Below are positions 45,658 through 55,538 of a stretch of 64,000 nucleotides of DNA, in pieces. Source of the DNA: Candidatus Pacearchaeota archaeon. GTDB taxonomy: Archaea > Nanobdellota > Nanobdellia > Pacearchaeales > JAPDKA01. The notes below the pieces were generated by a model, which made no database searches, was not told the origin of the DNA, and worked only from the letters and a program-made list of their open reading frames with translations. The stretch spans positions 258,617 through 322,616 of the forward strand of contig JAWAFA010000001.1 of assembly GCA_038890875.1 (NCBI GenBank), written 5' to 3'. Position numbers and translations under genes: made by a program. Position 1 is the first letter of the stretch. Each line of letters opens with the position of its first letter.

Positions 45658-47136
45658 ATGGAAAAGCTTGAATTGATAAATGGAATAGCATTAAAGCGAG
45701 GCTTTTTTATGCCATCAGCAGAGATTTATAAAGGAAAAGCTGAAATTGGGGGACTTTATTTTTATGGTCATCTTGGCAAAGCAGTTAAGCTAAAATTTGA
45801 GAATCTTTGGCGTAAATTTTTTCTTAGTATTCACGACAATTTTCACGAAATAGAAGGAACTTGCATACTACCAAGACAAGTTTTTGAGGCAAGTGGCCAT
45901 CTCGAGCATTTCAATGACCCATTAATAGAATGTCAAAAATGTCATTTTCGTTTTCGTGCAGACCATTTTATTGAAGATAGCCTAAACATTTCTATCGAAG
46001 GTTTAAGTTTGGATGATATGACAAAGCTGATAAAACAAAATAAACTAAAATGTCCTAAATGCAAATCAGAAAAATTAGGTGATGTAAATTTTTATAATAT
46101 GATGTTTCCTCTCAACCTGGGTGCTATAAATAAAAACGAGACTAATGCTTATTTAACCCCAGAAACAGCCCAGCAAAGTTATCTTGCTTTTTCTCGCGAG
46201 TTTGAAGCTCTTCGAAAACAGCTTCCTCTCGGCCTAGCTGTTATCGGCAAGGTTTTTAGAAATGAAATAAGTCCAAGACAGCTTTTTTTTCGCCTTCGTG
46301 AGTTTACCCAAGCTGAGCTCCAAGTTTTTATAGCTCCTGAAATGCTTGATTCTGATATCTTTGGCGAATGGAACAGAATTAAAGATAAGAAAATTCCTAT
46401 AAAGCGAGCAAAAGAAAAGACAATGAAAGAGTATAAGCTAGAAGAGCTTTCTAAAGAGTATGGCAAACTATACCTCTTTTTTCTTTCCAAAATTTATGAA
46501 TTTTATGTTGAAAAGTTAAAAATTCCACGAGATAAATTTAGATTTAGGGAGCTAAGCAAGGAAGAGCGCGCTTTCTATAATAAAGCACACTTTGATATCG
46601 AGCTTAACATAGAGAGCCTTGGTGGTTTTAAAGAAGTTGCTGGTTTACATTACCGAAGTGATTATGATCTTGGCAGACATCAACAGCATAGTAAAGAAAA
46701 GCTCGAAGTGTTTTGGAACAATAAAAAAGTCATTCCTCATGTTATCGAGCTTAGTTTTGGTGTTGATAGAAATATTTTTGCTTTTCTTGACATTTTTTTT
46801 AAGCAGGAAAAAGAGCGAAACCTTTTTAGCTTTCCTGCTTCAATTGCGCCAATTGATATAGCAGTTTTTCCTCTTGTTAATAAAGATAAGCTTCCAGAAA
46901 AAGCAAAAGAAGTTTATAGCATGCTTAAAAGTTTGTTTGGATGTTACTATGATGAGGCTGACAGCATTGGCAGACGCTACAGAAGACAAGATGAAATAGG
47001 TACACCTTTTTGTATAACAATTGACTATCAAACACTCGAGGATAATAAAGTCACGATTCGCGATCGTGATACAATGAAGCAAGAACGAGTTGCTATAGAT
47101 AGGCTAATTGATTATTTTTGCAAAAAACTTTTCTAG
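45658..47136 (+). CDS. glyS: Glycyl-tRNA synthetase (archaeal/eukaryal alpha2 type).
   Basis: The N-terminal region reads ...RGFFMPSAEIYKGKAEIGGLYFYGHLG (aligned by eye to the eukaryal-type GlyRS N-terminus). Class II motifs and a C-terminal anticodon-binding domain. The ORF track extends upstream to 45514, but the ATG at 45658 (MEKLELING) is the plausible start. Confidence 0.85.
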   Translation: MEKLELINGIALKRGFFMPSAEIYKGKAEIGGLYFYGHLGKAVKLKFENLWRKFFLSIHDNFHEIEGTCILPRQVFEASGHLEHFNDPLIECQKCHFRFRADHFIEDSLNISIEGLSLDDMTKLIKQNKLKCPKCKSEKLGDVNFYNMMFPLNLGAINKNETNAYLTPETAQQSYLAFSREFEALRKQLPLGLAVIGKVFRNEISPRQLFFRLREFTQAELQVFIAPEMLDSDIFGEWNRIKDKKIPIKRAKEKTMKEYKLEELSKEYGKLYLFFLSKIYEFYVEKLKIPRDKFRFRELSKEERAFYNKAHFDIELNIESLGGFKEVAGLHYRSDYDLGRHQQHSKEKLEVFWNNKKVIPHVIELSFGVDRNIFAFLDIFFKQEKERNLFSFPASIAPIDIAVFPLVNKDKLPEKAKEVYSMLKSLFGCYYDEADSIGRRYRRQDEIGTPFCITIDYQTLEDNKVTIRDRDTMKQERVAIDRLIDYFCKKLF

Positions 47137-47185
47137 AGGTTAGAAAAGTAGAAAAAGTTTTAAACTTTGAAGTGGTATAAAAAGT

Positions 47186-47440
47186 ATGGATTTGGAAAAA
47201 AGAATTGGCTATGAAGAACAAGATGATGAAAGTGAAGGGTCAGCTCTTCATGCAGTTTCATATATGATTCCAATTTTTGGAGATATAGCTTTTTTATGCA
47301 ACATAAGAGAATTGATAAAGGAAAATAATCTTGCACGTGGTATGACGATTGGATTTCTGCTTGTTAAATATAGTTATTTGTCAACTCTTGCTTATGGTTG
47401 CTATAAATTAATAAATTTTATAGATAACAAACTTCTTTAG
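47186..47440 (+). CDS. Hypothetical small protein.
   Basis: 84-aa ORF with no motif. Confidence 0.3.
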   Translation: MDLEKRIGYEEQDDESEGSALHAVSYMIPIFGDIAFLCNIRELIKENNLARGMTIGFLLVKYSYLSTLAYGCYKLINFIDNKLL

Positions 47441-47727
47441 TCAACAGAAAAATATTTTTTCTCTCTTCCTTTCAGTTTCCAAAAACCAAGACGTGCTCCT
47501 GCATCAAGCCAGGCATGGCCATAATAAATAGCTGCGATTGCCCGCAAATAATCTTTTTGTTTAAAAAAATACATTGAATCGTTTAAATATGTTTCAGCCA
47601 TCTCAACAAATTCTCTAGCTTTTTCAAGCTTTGCCTTATCTTTAGTTAAATTTTTCTTCGCAATTGTCAAAGCTTTTTTGCTAAAATTAAACTCTTTTTT
47701 TATGTACTCAGTATTTCCTTTTTTCAT
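47437..47727 (-). CDS. Hypothetical small helical protein.
   Basis: 96-aa ORF, lysine-rich. A 4-nt overlap with the convergent neighbour. Confidence 0.3.
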   Translation of the reverse strand: MKKGNTEYIKKEFNFSKKALTIAKKNLTKDKAKLEKAREFVEMAETYLNDSMYFFKQKDYLRAIAAIYYGHAWLDAGARLGFWKLKGREKKYFSVD

Positions 47728-47812
47728 TAAATAGCATTGCTCTCAAAATTAAAAATCTTGGCTTTGCTCTCTATTCCCATATATTTTTAAAATTTGAAGA
47801 TTAAAAGATAAA

Positions 47813-48184
47813 ATGGAAGAAAGAGAAAGAGTAAAAAAAGAAAATTTAAAAAAGATGTTTAATGCTGAGAGAGGTGGAATGTATCATCTTTTGATGAGAG
47901 AGAGTGTTGGGGGAAATGCAGGTTACTATGAAGATAGGCCTTGTGTTGCCGCGAATTTTCTTTATAATGAAAAAGGCGAGATCGTGGAGTTTACAAATTA
48001 TCGAGAAGGCAGAGAAAAACTATACAAAGGAACTTTTAGAATTGTTGTGAATCCTAAAGGAAAAAAATCTTATAAGGAAATATATGAAAAAATAGTCGAC
48101 GTTTTTCTCGACAAAAATAGCCCGAAAGAAAGTCAAGAAATTATTAAAGAAAGTGCAAAAGAATATAATAAGCTCGAAGAGTAA
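47813..48184 (+). CDS. Hypothetical protein.
   Basis: 123-aa ORF with no motif. Confidence 0.35.
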   Translation: MEERERVKKENLKKMFNAERGGMYHLLMRESVGGNAGYYEDRPCVAANFLYNEKGEIVEFTNYREGREKLYKGTFRIVVNPKGKKSYKEIYEKIVDVFLDKNSPKESQEIIKESAKEYNKLEE

Positions 48185-48255
48185 AAAACAGTGAAAGATG
48201 AACTAAAAGATACTAAAAGATAAAATATTAAAAAACTAAAGATATGCTTCTTTGT

Positions 48256-48327
48256 GGGCTCGTAGTTCAATGGTAGAACGCTCCCTTGGCTAGGGAGAGG
48301 TTCCGGGTTCAAGTCCCGGCGAGTCCA
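48256..48327 (+). tRNA. tRNA-Ala (anticodon GGC).
   Basis: Acceptor GGGCUCG/CGAGUCC with the G3:U70 alanine identity pair. D-arm GUUC-AAUGGUA-GAAC. Anticodon stem CUCCC/GGGAG with loop UUGGCUA. T-arm CCGGG-UUCAAGU-CCCGG. Confidence 0.85.
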
Positions 48328-48334
48328 TCTAAAA

Positions 48335-48796
48335 ATGTCAGAAATAGCGGTCGCAATTTTACTTAGTTTATCTCCTATAAGTGAATTAAGGGGAGGAATT
48401 ATTTATGCTATTGCTTCAGGCATAAATCCTCTTGTATCTTTTTTTGTTTGTGTCATGGCTAACATGCTAATATCTCCGGCTTTATTTTTCTTTTTATCAA
48501 CCCTGCATTTATCACTTTATAAAATGAAAACATACCAAATGTTATTTGATAGACATATTAAAAGTCTTGATAGAAAAGTTAGGGCATACGAAAAAAGGCA
48601 TAAAGTATGGGGTTATCTTGCCTTAACTTTTTTTGTTGCAGTTCCCCTTCCTTTTACAGGGGCGTGGACAGGAAGTTTCATAGCTTGGATACTCGGCTTA
48701 AATAGAAAAAAAAGTATCTTTGCGATCAGTGTTGGTGTTATTATAGCCGGGATTATTATTACAGCATTAGTTTTATCAGGTATTGCTTTGTTATAA
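48335..48796 (+). CDS. Small polytopic membrane protein (possibly small multidrug-export family).
   Basis: 153 aa with four predicted TM segments. The N-terminal LSLSPISELRGGIIYAI resembles COG2426-type proteins. Confidence 0.4.
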   Translation: MSEIAVAILLSLSPISELRGGIIYAIASGINPLVSFFVCVMANMLISPALFFFLSTLHLSLYKMKTYQMLFDRHIKSLDRKVRAYEKRHKVWGYLALTFFVAVPLPFTGAWTGSFIAWILGLNRKKSIFAISVGVIIAGIIITALVLSGIALL

Positions 48797-49451
48797 AATA
48801 AGCAAACAAGCACAAAATAAAATGGAAGCTAGTAAGGAAAAAGCGAGAAAAGCAATTTGGCAGTTAAAGAAAATTGCTAAGATCATTAGCAATAATAAAA
48901 TAAGACTAGCAGCTGAATGGCGTGAGCCATGGAAAGTATTAATTGCAACTATCTTATCTGCTCAAAGCAGGGATGAAAAAACAATCGAAGTAGCGCAAAG
49001 ACTTTTTAAAGCTTATAACTCATTAAAAGCTCTTGCTAATGCTAAAATAAGCAAGGTAGAAAAAATTATTCGTGAAATAAATTTTTATAGGACAAAGGCA
49101 AGGGCCATAGTAAGAACAGCGCGAATAATAATTAAAAAATATAAAGGCAAAATTCCTGCTCAGCGAGAAGAGCTTATGAAGCTGCCAGGTGTAGGGCGAA
49201 AAGTTGCAAATGTTTATCTTGTTGTTGTTCATAAAGCAAATGCTATCGGTGTAGATACGCACGTAGCTTTCCTATCACAAGTACTTGGATGGACAAAAAA
49301 CAAAAGCCAGAGCAAAATAGAAAAAGACCTTGAAGCTTTATTTCCAAAACGCTATTGGAATGAAATCAATTATGTTCTTGTTAGATTTGGCAGGCTTTAT
49401 AGGACAAGAAAGATGCAAGTAGAAAAGTTAAAATCGGATGGCGTTATTTAA
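48783..49451 (+). CDS. HhH-GPD-superfamily DNA glycosylase (endonuclease III-like), lacking the C-terminal [4Fe-4S] Cys cluster.
   Basis: Helix-hairpin-helix LMKLPGVGRKVANVYL with the catalytic Lys, and GVDTHVAF with the catalytic Asp. No CX6CX2CX5C motif. An alternative start is the Met at 48822. Confidence 0.65.
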   Translation: MLCYKISKQAQNKMEASKEKARKAIWQLKKIAKIISNNKIRLAAEWREPWKVLIATILSAQSRDEKTIEVAQRLFKAYNSLKALANAKISKVEKIIREINFYRTKARAIVRTARIIIKKYKGKIPAQREELMKLPGVGRKVANVYLVVVHKANAIGVDTHVAFLSQVLGWTKNKSQSKIEKDLEALFPKRYWNEINYVLVRFGRLYRTRKMQVEKLKSDGVI

Positions 49452-49458
49452 ATTATGA

Positions 49459-50346
49459 TTAGAAGCAACCAGCCTTTTCCAGAGCTTCTTTAATTTTTTC
49501 TCTGCTTAGGCTTTTTACTTTGGCAGTCGCAGGATATTGTTTACCTTTATACTCTACAAGAAGATTGATTTCACTCTCTTCAAGATTTTTATATGCTTCT
49601 CTTAAATTACATACACTTTCAAACATTTTAACTTCCTCTCTTTTAATGAATTCCTCATAGCTAATTCCTACTGCGGCTAAAATGTTAAAATATGCTATTC
49701 CTTTTTCATCTGTTTTGGCAGGATTAATTGGTTTTAGTTCTGGCGAATAAACTTTGAGCTGAACATCTGCAAGAGGTAATGTCCTTTCAGAAATTTCATT
49801 TGTCGGCACTAGTCTTACTTTACTTTCTTTTTCATAACGAGCCTCTATGAGCTCTGTTTTCCTAGTTCCATTCTTAGCTAGCTCCGTCCCACAGCCAACA
49901 CTACCTGCTATGCTTGAAGCAGTTACAATGCTACCAACAACTGCCCCACCAGCGTCTCCTTTGGAGGCAGCGAGAGGAATAAGCACAAGTCCAAGAAGGC
50001 TGTTAACTATGGCTAACGGAAGGATTATCTTACAATCGGACCATGCCTCATATTCCTTAGTTGCATATTCTTCTATTTTAATTTCTGTAATCTCATTTTC
50101 TTTCTTGAATTTCTCTTCACGTCTTTTTACTTCACCAACTATTTCTAGCTTTTTTCCTTCAATTTTAGCCTCGAACCTTATCGATTCTTCTTTTTTAGTA
50201 AAATAGCCTACATCCTCATAACTTTTTCCTATTGGAATTACCTTTTTTTCAGCGTCCAAAAATTTCCAATAACCACAGCCATCAAGCCAGCTAGAAAGCA
50301 TGCCTGCCAAGCTTAAAGCCAAAATTTTTTCAAGTTGCTTTTTCAT
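49459..50346 (-). CDS. Lipoprotein-like hypothetical protein.
   Basis: N-terminus MKKQLEKILALSLAGMLSSWLDGCGY (signal plus Cys). An internal hydrophobic Gly/Ala-rich segment. Confidence 0.4.
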   Translation of the reverse strand: MKKQLEKILALSLAGMLSSWLDGCGYWKFLDAEKKVIPIGKSYEDVGYFTKKEESIRFEAKIEGKKLEIVGEVKRREEKFKKENEITEIKIEEYATKEYEAWSDCKIILPLAIVNSLLGLVLIPLAASKGDAGGAVVGSIVTASSIAGSVGCGTELAKNGTRKTELIEARYEKESKVRLVPTNEISERTLPLADVQLKVYSPELKPINPAKTDEKGIAYFNILAAVGISYEEFIKREEVKMFESVCNLREAYKNLEESEINLLVEYKGKQYPATAKVKSLSREKIKEALEKAGCF

Positions 50347-50470
50347 CTTTACTAAATTTTTACAAAATTTTTAAAAATTTCCTTGATTTTTCATCATAAC
50401 TTAATAATAAAATTAAAGAAGTAAAAAGTTAAACTTAAAAAATCTAAAAATCAAAAGTAAAATAGTAAAA

Positions 50471-50959
50471 ATGATACAACGAACACTTGTTTTGTTAAAG
50501 CCTGATGCAGTGAAGCGAGGTTTGATTGGCAGAATTATACAGCGCTTCGAAGATGCTGGGCTCAAAATTGTTGCTTGCAAAATGGTTTGGGTAAGCAAAG
50601 AGCATGCTGCTAAGCATTATTATGATCTCGGTAAGAGACGAGGAGAGCATGTTAAAGAAAAAATGGTTGATTTTCTTACACAAGGTCCTATTCTTGCTCT
50701 TGTTTTAGAAGGCATCGAAGCCGTTGATGTTGTTAGAAAAATGGTTGGCGGTACAGAACCAAAAACAGCACAACCAGGAACAATTCGCGGAGATTTTGCA
50801 CATCTAAGCTTTATGCATGCTGATACTAAAGGCAAAGCGGTTCCTAATTTGATCCATGCTTCAGGAAAAGTCAAAGAAGCAAAGCAAGAAATAAAGCTCT
50901 GGTTTAAGGATAAAGAGATTCATAGCTATAAAACTGTTCACGAAGAGTTTGTTTTTTAA
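50471..50959 (+). CDS. ndk: Nucleoside diphosphate kinase.
   Basis: QRTLVLLKPDAVKRGLIGRII...GTEPKTAQPGTIRGDFA...NLIHAS (catalytic His region). Confidence 0.9.
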   Translation: MIQRTLVLLKPDAVKRGLIGRIIQRFEDAGLKIVACKMVWVSKEHAAKHYYDLGKRRGEHVKEKMVDFLTQGPILALVLEGIEAVDVVRKMVGGTEPKTAQPGTIRGDFAHLSFMHADTKGKAVPNLIHASGKVKEAKQEIKLWFKDKEIHSYKTVHEEFVF

Positions 50960-51584
50960 AATGGAAGAAGTTGCAAGAGGGGCTGAAGCCGTGCTTTACA
51001 AAAAAGCAGACAAGCTATTAAAAGTACGTGTGAAAAAGGACTATAGACATAACGAGCTTGATTTTGAATTGAGAAAGTATCGGACAAGGCGCGAAGCAAA
51101 AATTATGCAGAGACTTTCTCATATAATCCCTGTGCCGATTGTCTATAAGGTGAGTGAAGAGAGTAGTAAGATTGTGATGGAATTTATCGAAGGAAAAAAG
51201 TTAAGTGAGGCCTTAGAAAGTTTTAGTCAGGCAAAGCGAGAGCTTATTGCTAAGCAAATAGGAGAAAGCATTGCATTAATGCACAATATAGGCATTATCC
51301 ATGGTGATCTCACAACGAGCAACCTAATCTACAAAGAAGGAAAAGTCTACTTTATTGATTTTGGTCTTGCTTTTCATAGCAGTAGGATAGAGGATAAAGC
51401 AGTTGATATCTATTTGCTTATTCAAGCTTTAAAAGCAAAGCACTATAAAATATGGCATGCCTTGGCTGAAGCTATCTTAAAAGCTTATTTTAAAAAAGTC
51501 GATGATGCCAAAGCAATAAAGACACAACTGGAAAAAGTTGAAGCTCGACGAAGATATAAGGGAAAGCAGCTAAAGAAGGCATAG
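50949..51584 (+). CDS. bud32: Bud32/Kae1-associated serine/threonine kinase (KEOPS subunit).
   Basis: GAEAVLYK Gly-loop, catalytic IIHGDLTTSNLIY, and DFGLA. 211 aa. Confidence 0.75.
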   Translation: MFFKMEEVARGAEAVLYKKADKLLKVRVKKDYRHNELDFELRKYRTRREAKIMQRLSHIIPVPIVYKVSEESSKIVMEFIEGKKLSEALESFSQAKRELIAKQIGESIALMHNIGIIHGDLTTSNLIYKEGKVYFIDFGLAFHSSRIEDKAVDIYLLIQALKAKHYKIWHALAEAILKAYFKKVDDAKAIKTQLEKVEARRRYKGKQLKKA

Positions 51585-51933
51585 GCATTGAAAGATCGAA
51601 AAGCATTAACAATTTTAAGGCTAAACTATTTTCTAGTTGAAGCCAGACTACAACTTTTTTATCTTTTCTCTTAACTCCAAGCCTCCGCTCCCCATAAATT
51701 AGTTCCTTCCTCAAAACATTCATTCTCTAGTCTTTTCTTAGTTTTTTAGACTTTTAAAGATTTTGCGAGAAATCAGTCCTTAGCTGATTTATATGTGAAA
51801 GATATTAATAAAGATGTTAATATTATGCAAGTATAAAGTGATTTTGGATGAAGAAAATTGCAAGAGCATGCATCATTAATAGGAGACGATTTAATTAAGT
51901 TTTTAAAATTCCTGGCGCTTTTATAATAAGCAT

Positions 51934-52006
51934 AGCCCCGTGGTGTAGCGGTCAAGCATACAGGCCTTTGGAGCCTGTGACGTCGGTTCGAATCCGGCCG
52001 GGGCTA
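51934..52006 (+). tRNA. tRNA-Gln (anticodon UUG).
   Basis: Acceptor AGCCCCG/CGGGGCU. Anticodon stem CAGGC/GCCUG with loop CUUUGGA. T-arm GUCGG-UUCGAAU-CCGGC. Confidence 0.8.
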
Positions 52007-52025
52007 TTAAAGTAAAAAAGTCAAG

Positions 52026-55000
52026 ATGATAAGTCGAAGAAAAATTTTCCTAATATGTTTTTTCATTCTTTTAGCTTTTCTTCTTCTTTTTATTTTTTTT
52101 ACAACTAAATCGATTACTATTTTCACGATAGCTCAGCCAAAAAAAGCAAGCCAAGAAGTTAATGAAGCTTTAGAAAAGCAGGAAAAAGTACGCATCGTGC
52201 TTATGCTAGAAGATGATAAAAAAGTGAAGGTAATAACAGATGAAGTTTCAAATCAAGTAGAAGATATTCTTGGAAAGGGCAAGATTAAACACAAGTTTCC
52301 AGGAGCAATAACTCTTGAGATTACAAAAAATGATCTTGAAGTTTTGCAAAGAATAACCAAAATAAAAAAAATAGAAAAAATAAAAGCGAGACAAATATTT
52401 TTACAAGATAGTATCGGAATAACTAATGCAACACAAGTATGGAATTTGCAAGTTAATAATGTAAACATTACTGGGGCTGGAGAGGCCATTTGTATTGTTG
52501 ATACTGGAATAAATTATTTACACGCTGATTTAGGTGGTTGCTTTGGAACTGGATGTAAAGTTATTGGTGGTTATGATTACTGTGCTGATGATACCAACTG
52601 CCTAACAAGCGACGCTGATCCTATGGATATTAATGGTCATGGTACTCATGTAGCAGGCATTGCCGCTGCTAAAGGAAATATCAAAGGCGTAGCTCCTGAC
52701 GCTAAGCTTATTGCTTTAAAAGTTTGCAATGCTACAGGAATTTGTTGGGATGATGATATAAAAGCAGGAATTGATTGGTGTATAAACAATGCGGCGCTAT
52801 TTAACATTTCTGTAATAAGTTTAAGTTTGGGCGGGGGTTTATATAACGACTATTGTGATAATGTTGATGATCCAATGAATATAACAGGAAGCATCAACAA
52901 TGCCATTGCCAAAAACATTTCAGTAATTGCGGCAACAGGAAATCAAGGAAATTATACACACATCGCTAGTCCTGCTTGCATAGAAAATGTAACTGCTGTG
53001 GCAGCTACAACGAAGAGTGATGCAATCGCAAGTTTGAGTAATAGAAATAGCATAACCGATCTTATCGCGCCTGGTGAAAATATTAATTCAACTTGCATTA
53101 ATGGAGGCTATTGTATAAAATCAGGAACAAGCATGTCAGTGCCTCATATCTCTGGAGCTTTCGCTTTGCTTCAGCAATTTAAAAAGCTTGAAAAAGGCAA
53201 GATTTTAAAGCCTCAAGAAATTCAAAATGCGCTTAAGGCAACAGGAAAACAAATATATGATAGTGCGAGTGGCCTGAATTTTTCGCGAATTAATATTTAT
53301 GCAGCAATTTTAAGCCTTGATGAAACTCCACCAGAACTTTATTTTATTGAGCCTACAGAAACTTCTAGCTCAATTCTTACTAGAAAATATATTCAAATTA
53401 ATGTCACAGCAAGAGATAACATAAGCGGAATAAAAAATTTAACAGTTTATTTTTACAACTCAACCTCTCTTCTTAACATAACAAGTGGGGCAAGCCCCTT
53501 ATTTATTAATTTTACAGATCTTGTTGATGATACTTATTATTTCAATGCTACGGCTTATGATGCTGTCGACAATCACAATTCAACAGAAACGAGAAACATA
53601 ACAATTGATACAATCTTACCTTCAATTACAATCATTTCTCCGGAAAACATAACTTACACAACTTCGACAATAAGTTTTAATATTAGTGGTAATGAAATCT
53701 TGGACTTTTGCCAATACTCAATTAATGAATGGATAACGAATGTTACCATGGTAAAATATAACTCAACTTACTTCTACAATCTAACAAATTTAAGTGATGG
53801 AAGTTACATAGCAAGATTTTGGTGCAATGATACTGCTGGAAATATTAATAACACTGAATTAGTTTGGTTTAGTGTAAATGCAACTCCACCTTCAATAGCA
53901 ATTATAAACCCACAGAACACAACTTATAATAATGCAACAATTCTTGTTAATATCTCAGCTTATGATCAAAATTTAGATAAGGTATGGTATAATTGGAATG
54001 GAACAAATGTAACCTATACTGATCCAGTTTATATAACATTCAATGAAGGAAGCAATACACTTTATGCCTGGGCAAATGATAGTGCTGGCAACATCAATTC
54101 AACAAATGTAACATTTACAATCGATATTCTAGCTCCAGACATCATCAATGTGAGTGCAACGAGCATAACAGCATCAAGTGCAACAATAATATGGCTAACA
54201 AGTGAGCCAAGTAATTCAACCATTCATTATGGAACTAATTTGAACTTAACGAGTAATAAGAGCAGTCCCAGCTTTGTCTTAAATCACAGTCTAACAATAA
54301 CTGGCCTTTTAGCTTCAACTTTATATTATTTTGATATAATGAGTTGCGATGTTGCTGGAAATTGCAATACTACTGCCCCCTTCAATTTTACAACTCTTGC
54401 ATCCGGTGGTGGAGGGGGAACTGGTGGAGGAGGAAGTGGTAGTGGAAAAGCTATTGGAGTTAATATTATTAACAAGACTTTTGAGAAAAAAGAAGAAAAA
54501 GAGAGAGAAACTGTAGTTTATGATATAAGTCAAGATCTAATGAGGTCTAATTCCTTAGAAATAAACCTAAAACAAAATGATAAAGTTGTTTTTAACTTCA
54601 ACGATGAAATCCATTCTTTGGTTGTAGATGTTATAAGTGAGAATTATGTTGAGCTTACAATGATGAGCTATCAAATAAAAACAAAAATATATGTTAAGGA
54701 AACGAAGAAGTTTGATCTCAATAATGATAGCATGAATGATATTCTTATAACTTTAAAAGAAATTAAGAATGCTAGTGCACTGATCTATATCTCATATGCT
54801 TGCGAATGTTTTGGATGCAGTGAATGGAGTGCTTGCGTTAATGGTAGTCAAATACAACAATGCTATAAATGCCTGGCTGGAAAATGTATAACTTCTTCTC
54901 AAACCCGAGAATGTCAAATTCGAACTGAAAAAATACTAATGAAGTTGATATTATTAATTATTATTTTAATTTCTTTAATCATTATAGGAATTATAAGGAA

Positions 55001-55046
55001 AATATTGAAGGATAAGATTTTTAAAATGCCAAAAGAAAATTTCTAA
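52026..55046 (+). CDS. Subtilisin-like serine protease (S8) with a long glycosylation-sequon-rich stalk, a Gly-rich linker, a Cys-rich module and a C-terminal TM anchor.
   Basis: N-terminal signal anchor. Catalytic triad regions ICIVDTGI (Asp), HGTHVAGIAA (His) and GTSMSVPHISG (Ser). SGGGGGTGGGGSGSG linker. Cys-rich CECFGCSEWSACVNGSQIQQCYKCLAGKC. C-terminal LILLIIILISLIIIGII. Confidence 0.85.
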   Translation: MISRRKIFLICFFILLAFLLLFIFFTTKSITIFTIAQPKKASQEVNEALEKQEKVRIVLMLEDDKKVKVITDEVSNQVEDILGKGKIKHKFPGAITLEITKNDLEVLQRITKIKKIEKIKARQIFLQDSIGITNATQVWNLQVNNVNITGAGEAICIVDTGINYLHADLGGCFGTGCKVIGGYDYCADDTNCLTSDADPMDINGHGTHVAGIAAAKGNIKGVAPDAKLIALKVCNATGICWDDDIKAGIDWCINNAALFNISVISLSLGGGLYNDYCDNVDDPMNITGSINNAIAKNISVIAATGNQGNYTHIASPACIENVTAVAATTKSDAIASLSNRNSITDLIAPGENINSTCINGGYCIKSGTSMSVPHISGAFALLQQFKKLEKGKILKPQEIQNALKATGKQIYDSASGLNFSRINIYAAILSLDETPPELYFIEPTETSSSILTRKYIQINVTARDNISGIKNLTVYFYNSTSLLNITSGASPLFINFTDLVDDTYYFNATAYDAVDNHNSTETRNITIDTILPSITIISPENITYTTSTISFNISGNEILDFCQYSINEWITNVTMVKYNSTYFYNLTNLSDGSYIARFWCNDTAGNINNTELVWFSVNATPPSIAIINPQNTTYNNATILVNISAYDQNLDKVWYNWNGTNVTYTDPVYITFNEGSNTLYAWANDSAGNINSTNVTFTIDILAPDIINVSATSITASSATIIWLTSEPSNSTIHYGTNLNLTSNKSSPSFVLNHSLTITGLLASTLYYFDIMSCDVAGNCNTTAPFNFTTLASGGGGGTGGGGSGSGKAIGVNIINKTFEKKEEKERETVVYDISQDLMRSNSLEINLKQNDKVVFNFNDEIHSLVVDVISENYVELTMMSYQIKTKIYVKETKKFDLNNDSMNDILITLKEIKNASALIYISYACECFGCSEWSACVNGSQIQQCYKCLAGKCITSSQTRECQIRTEKILMKLILLIIILISLIIIGIIRKILKDKIFKMPKENF

Positions 55047-55492
55047 TGGAAAAAGAAAACGAGAAAATAGAGAAAGAAAAACCAGTAAAAAAAATTCAGA
55101 AAAAGCAAGTATTAGTGGAAAAGAATAAAGCGGAGGTTAAAACTGGTAAAAGCTTAAAAGCAGGAACATTAAGTAAGGAAGAAGTAGAAAAGCTTATTCT
55201 CGAGCTATATAAACAAGGAAATAAACCAGAAATTATTGGCATGATTTTGCGTGATACCTATAGTGTTCCTAATGTAAAAGAAATTTGCGGCAAAAAAATT
55301 GTTAAAATTATCAGAGAGAAAATGCCTTATTTTCCTTCTGATCTCGAAGCTTTGCAAGAAAAAATAAAAAAATTACGAGCACATCTTGAAAAAAATCGCC
55401 ATGATTATAAATCAAAACGAAGTTTACAGATTCTTGAAGCAAGAATTAGGATCTTAAACGATTATTATAGGAAAAAGGGAATTCTAAAATAG
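55046..55492 (+). CDS. rps15: Ribosomal protein S15 (uS15).
   Basis: C-terminal ...SKRSLQILEARIRILNDYYRKKGIL... S15 signature. Archaeal N-terminal extension. Adjacent to the RecJ-like gene, a conserved archaeal neighbourhood. Confidence 0.8.
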   Translation: MEKENEKIEKEKPVKKIQKKQVLVEKNKAEVKTGKSLKAGTLSKEEVEKLILELYKQGNKPEIIGMILRDTYSVPNVKEICGKKIVKIIREKMPYFPSDLEALQEKIKKLRAHLEKNRHDYKSKRSLQILEARIRILNDYYRKKGILK

Positions 55493-55538
55493 TAAATTTT
55501 TTCATAAAACTTTTTAAACTAATTAAATTGTTAAAGTT

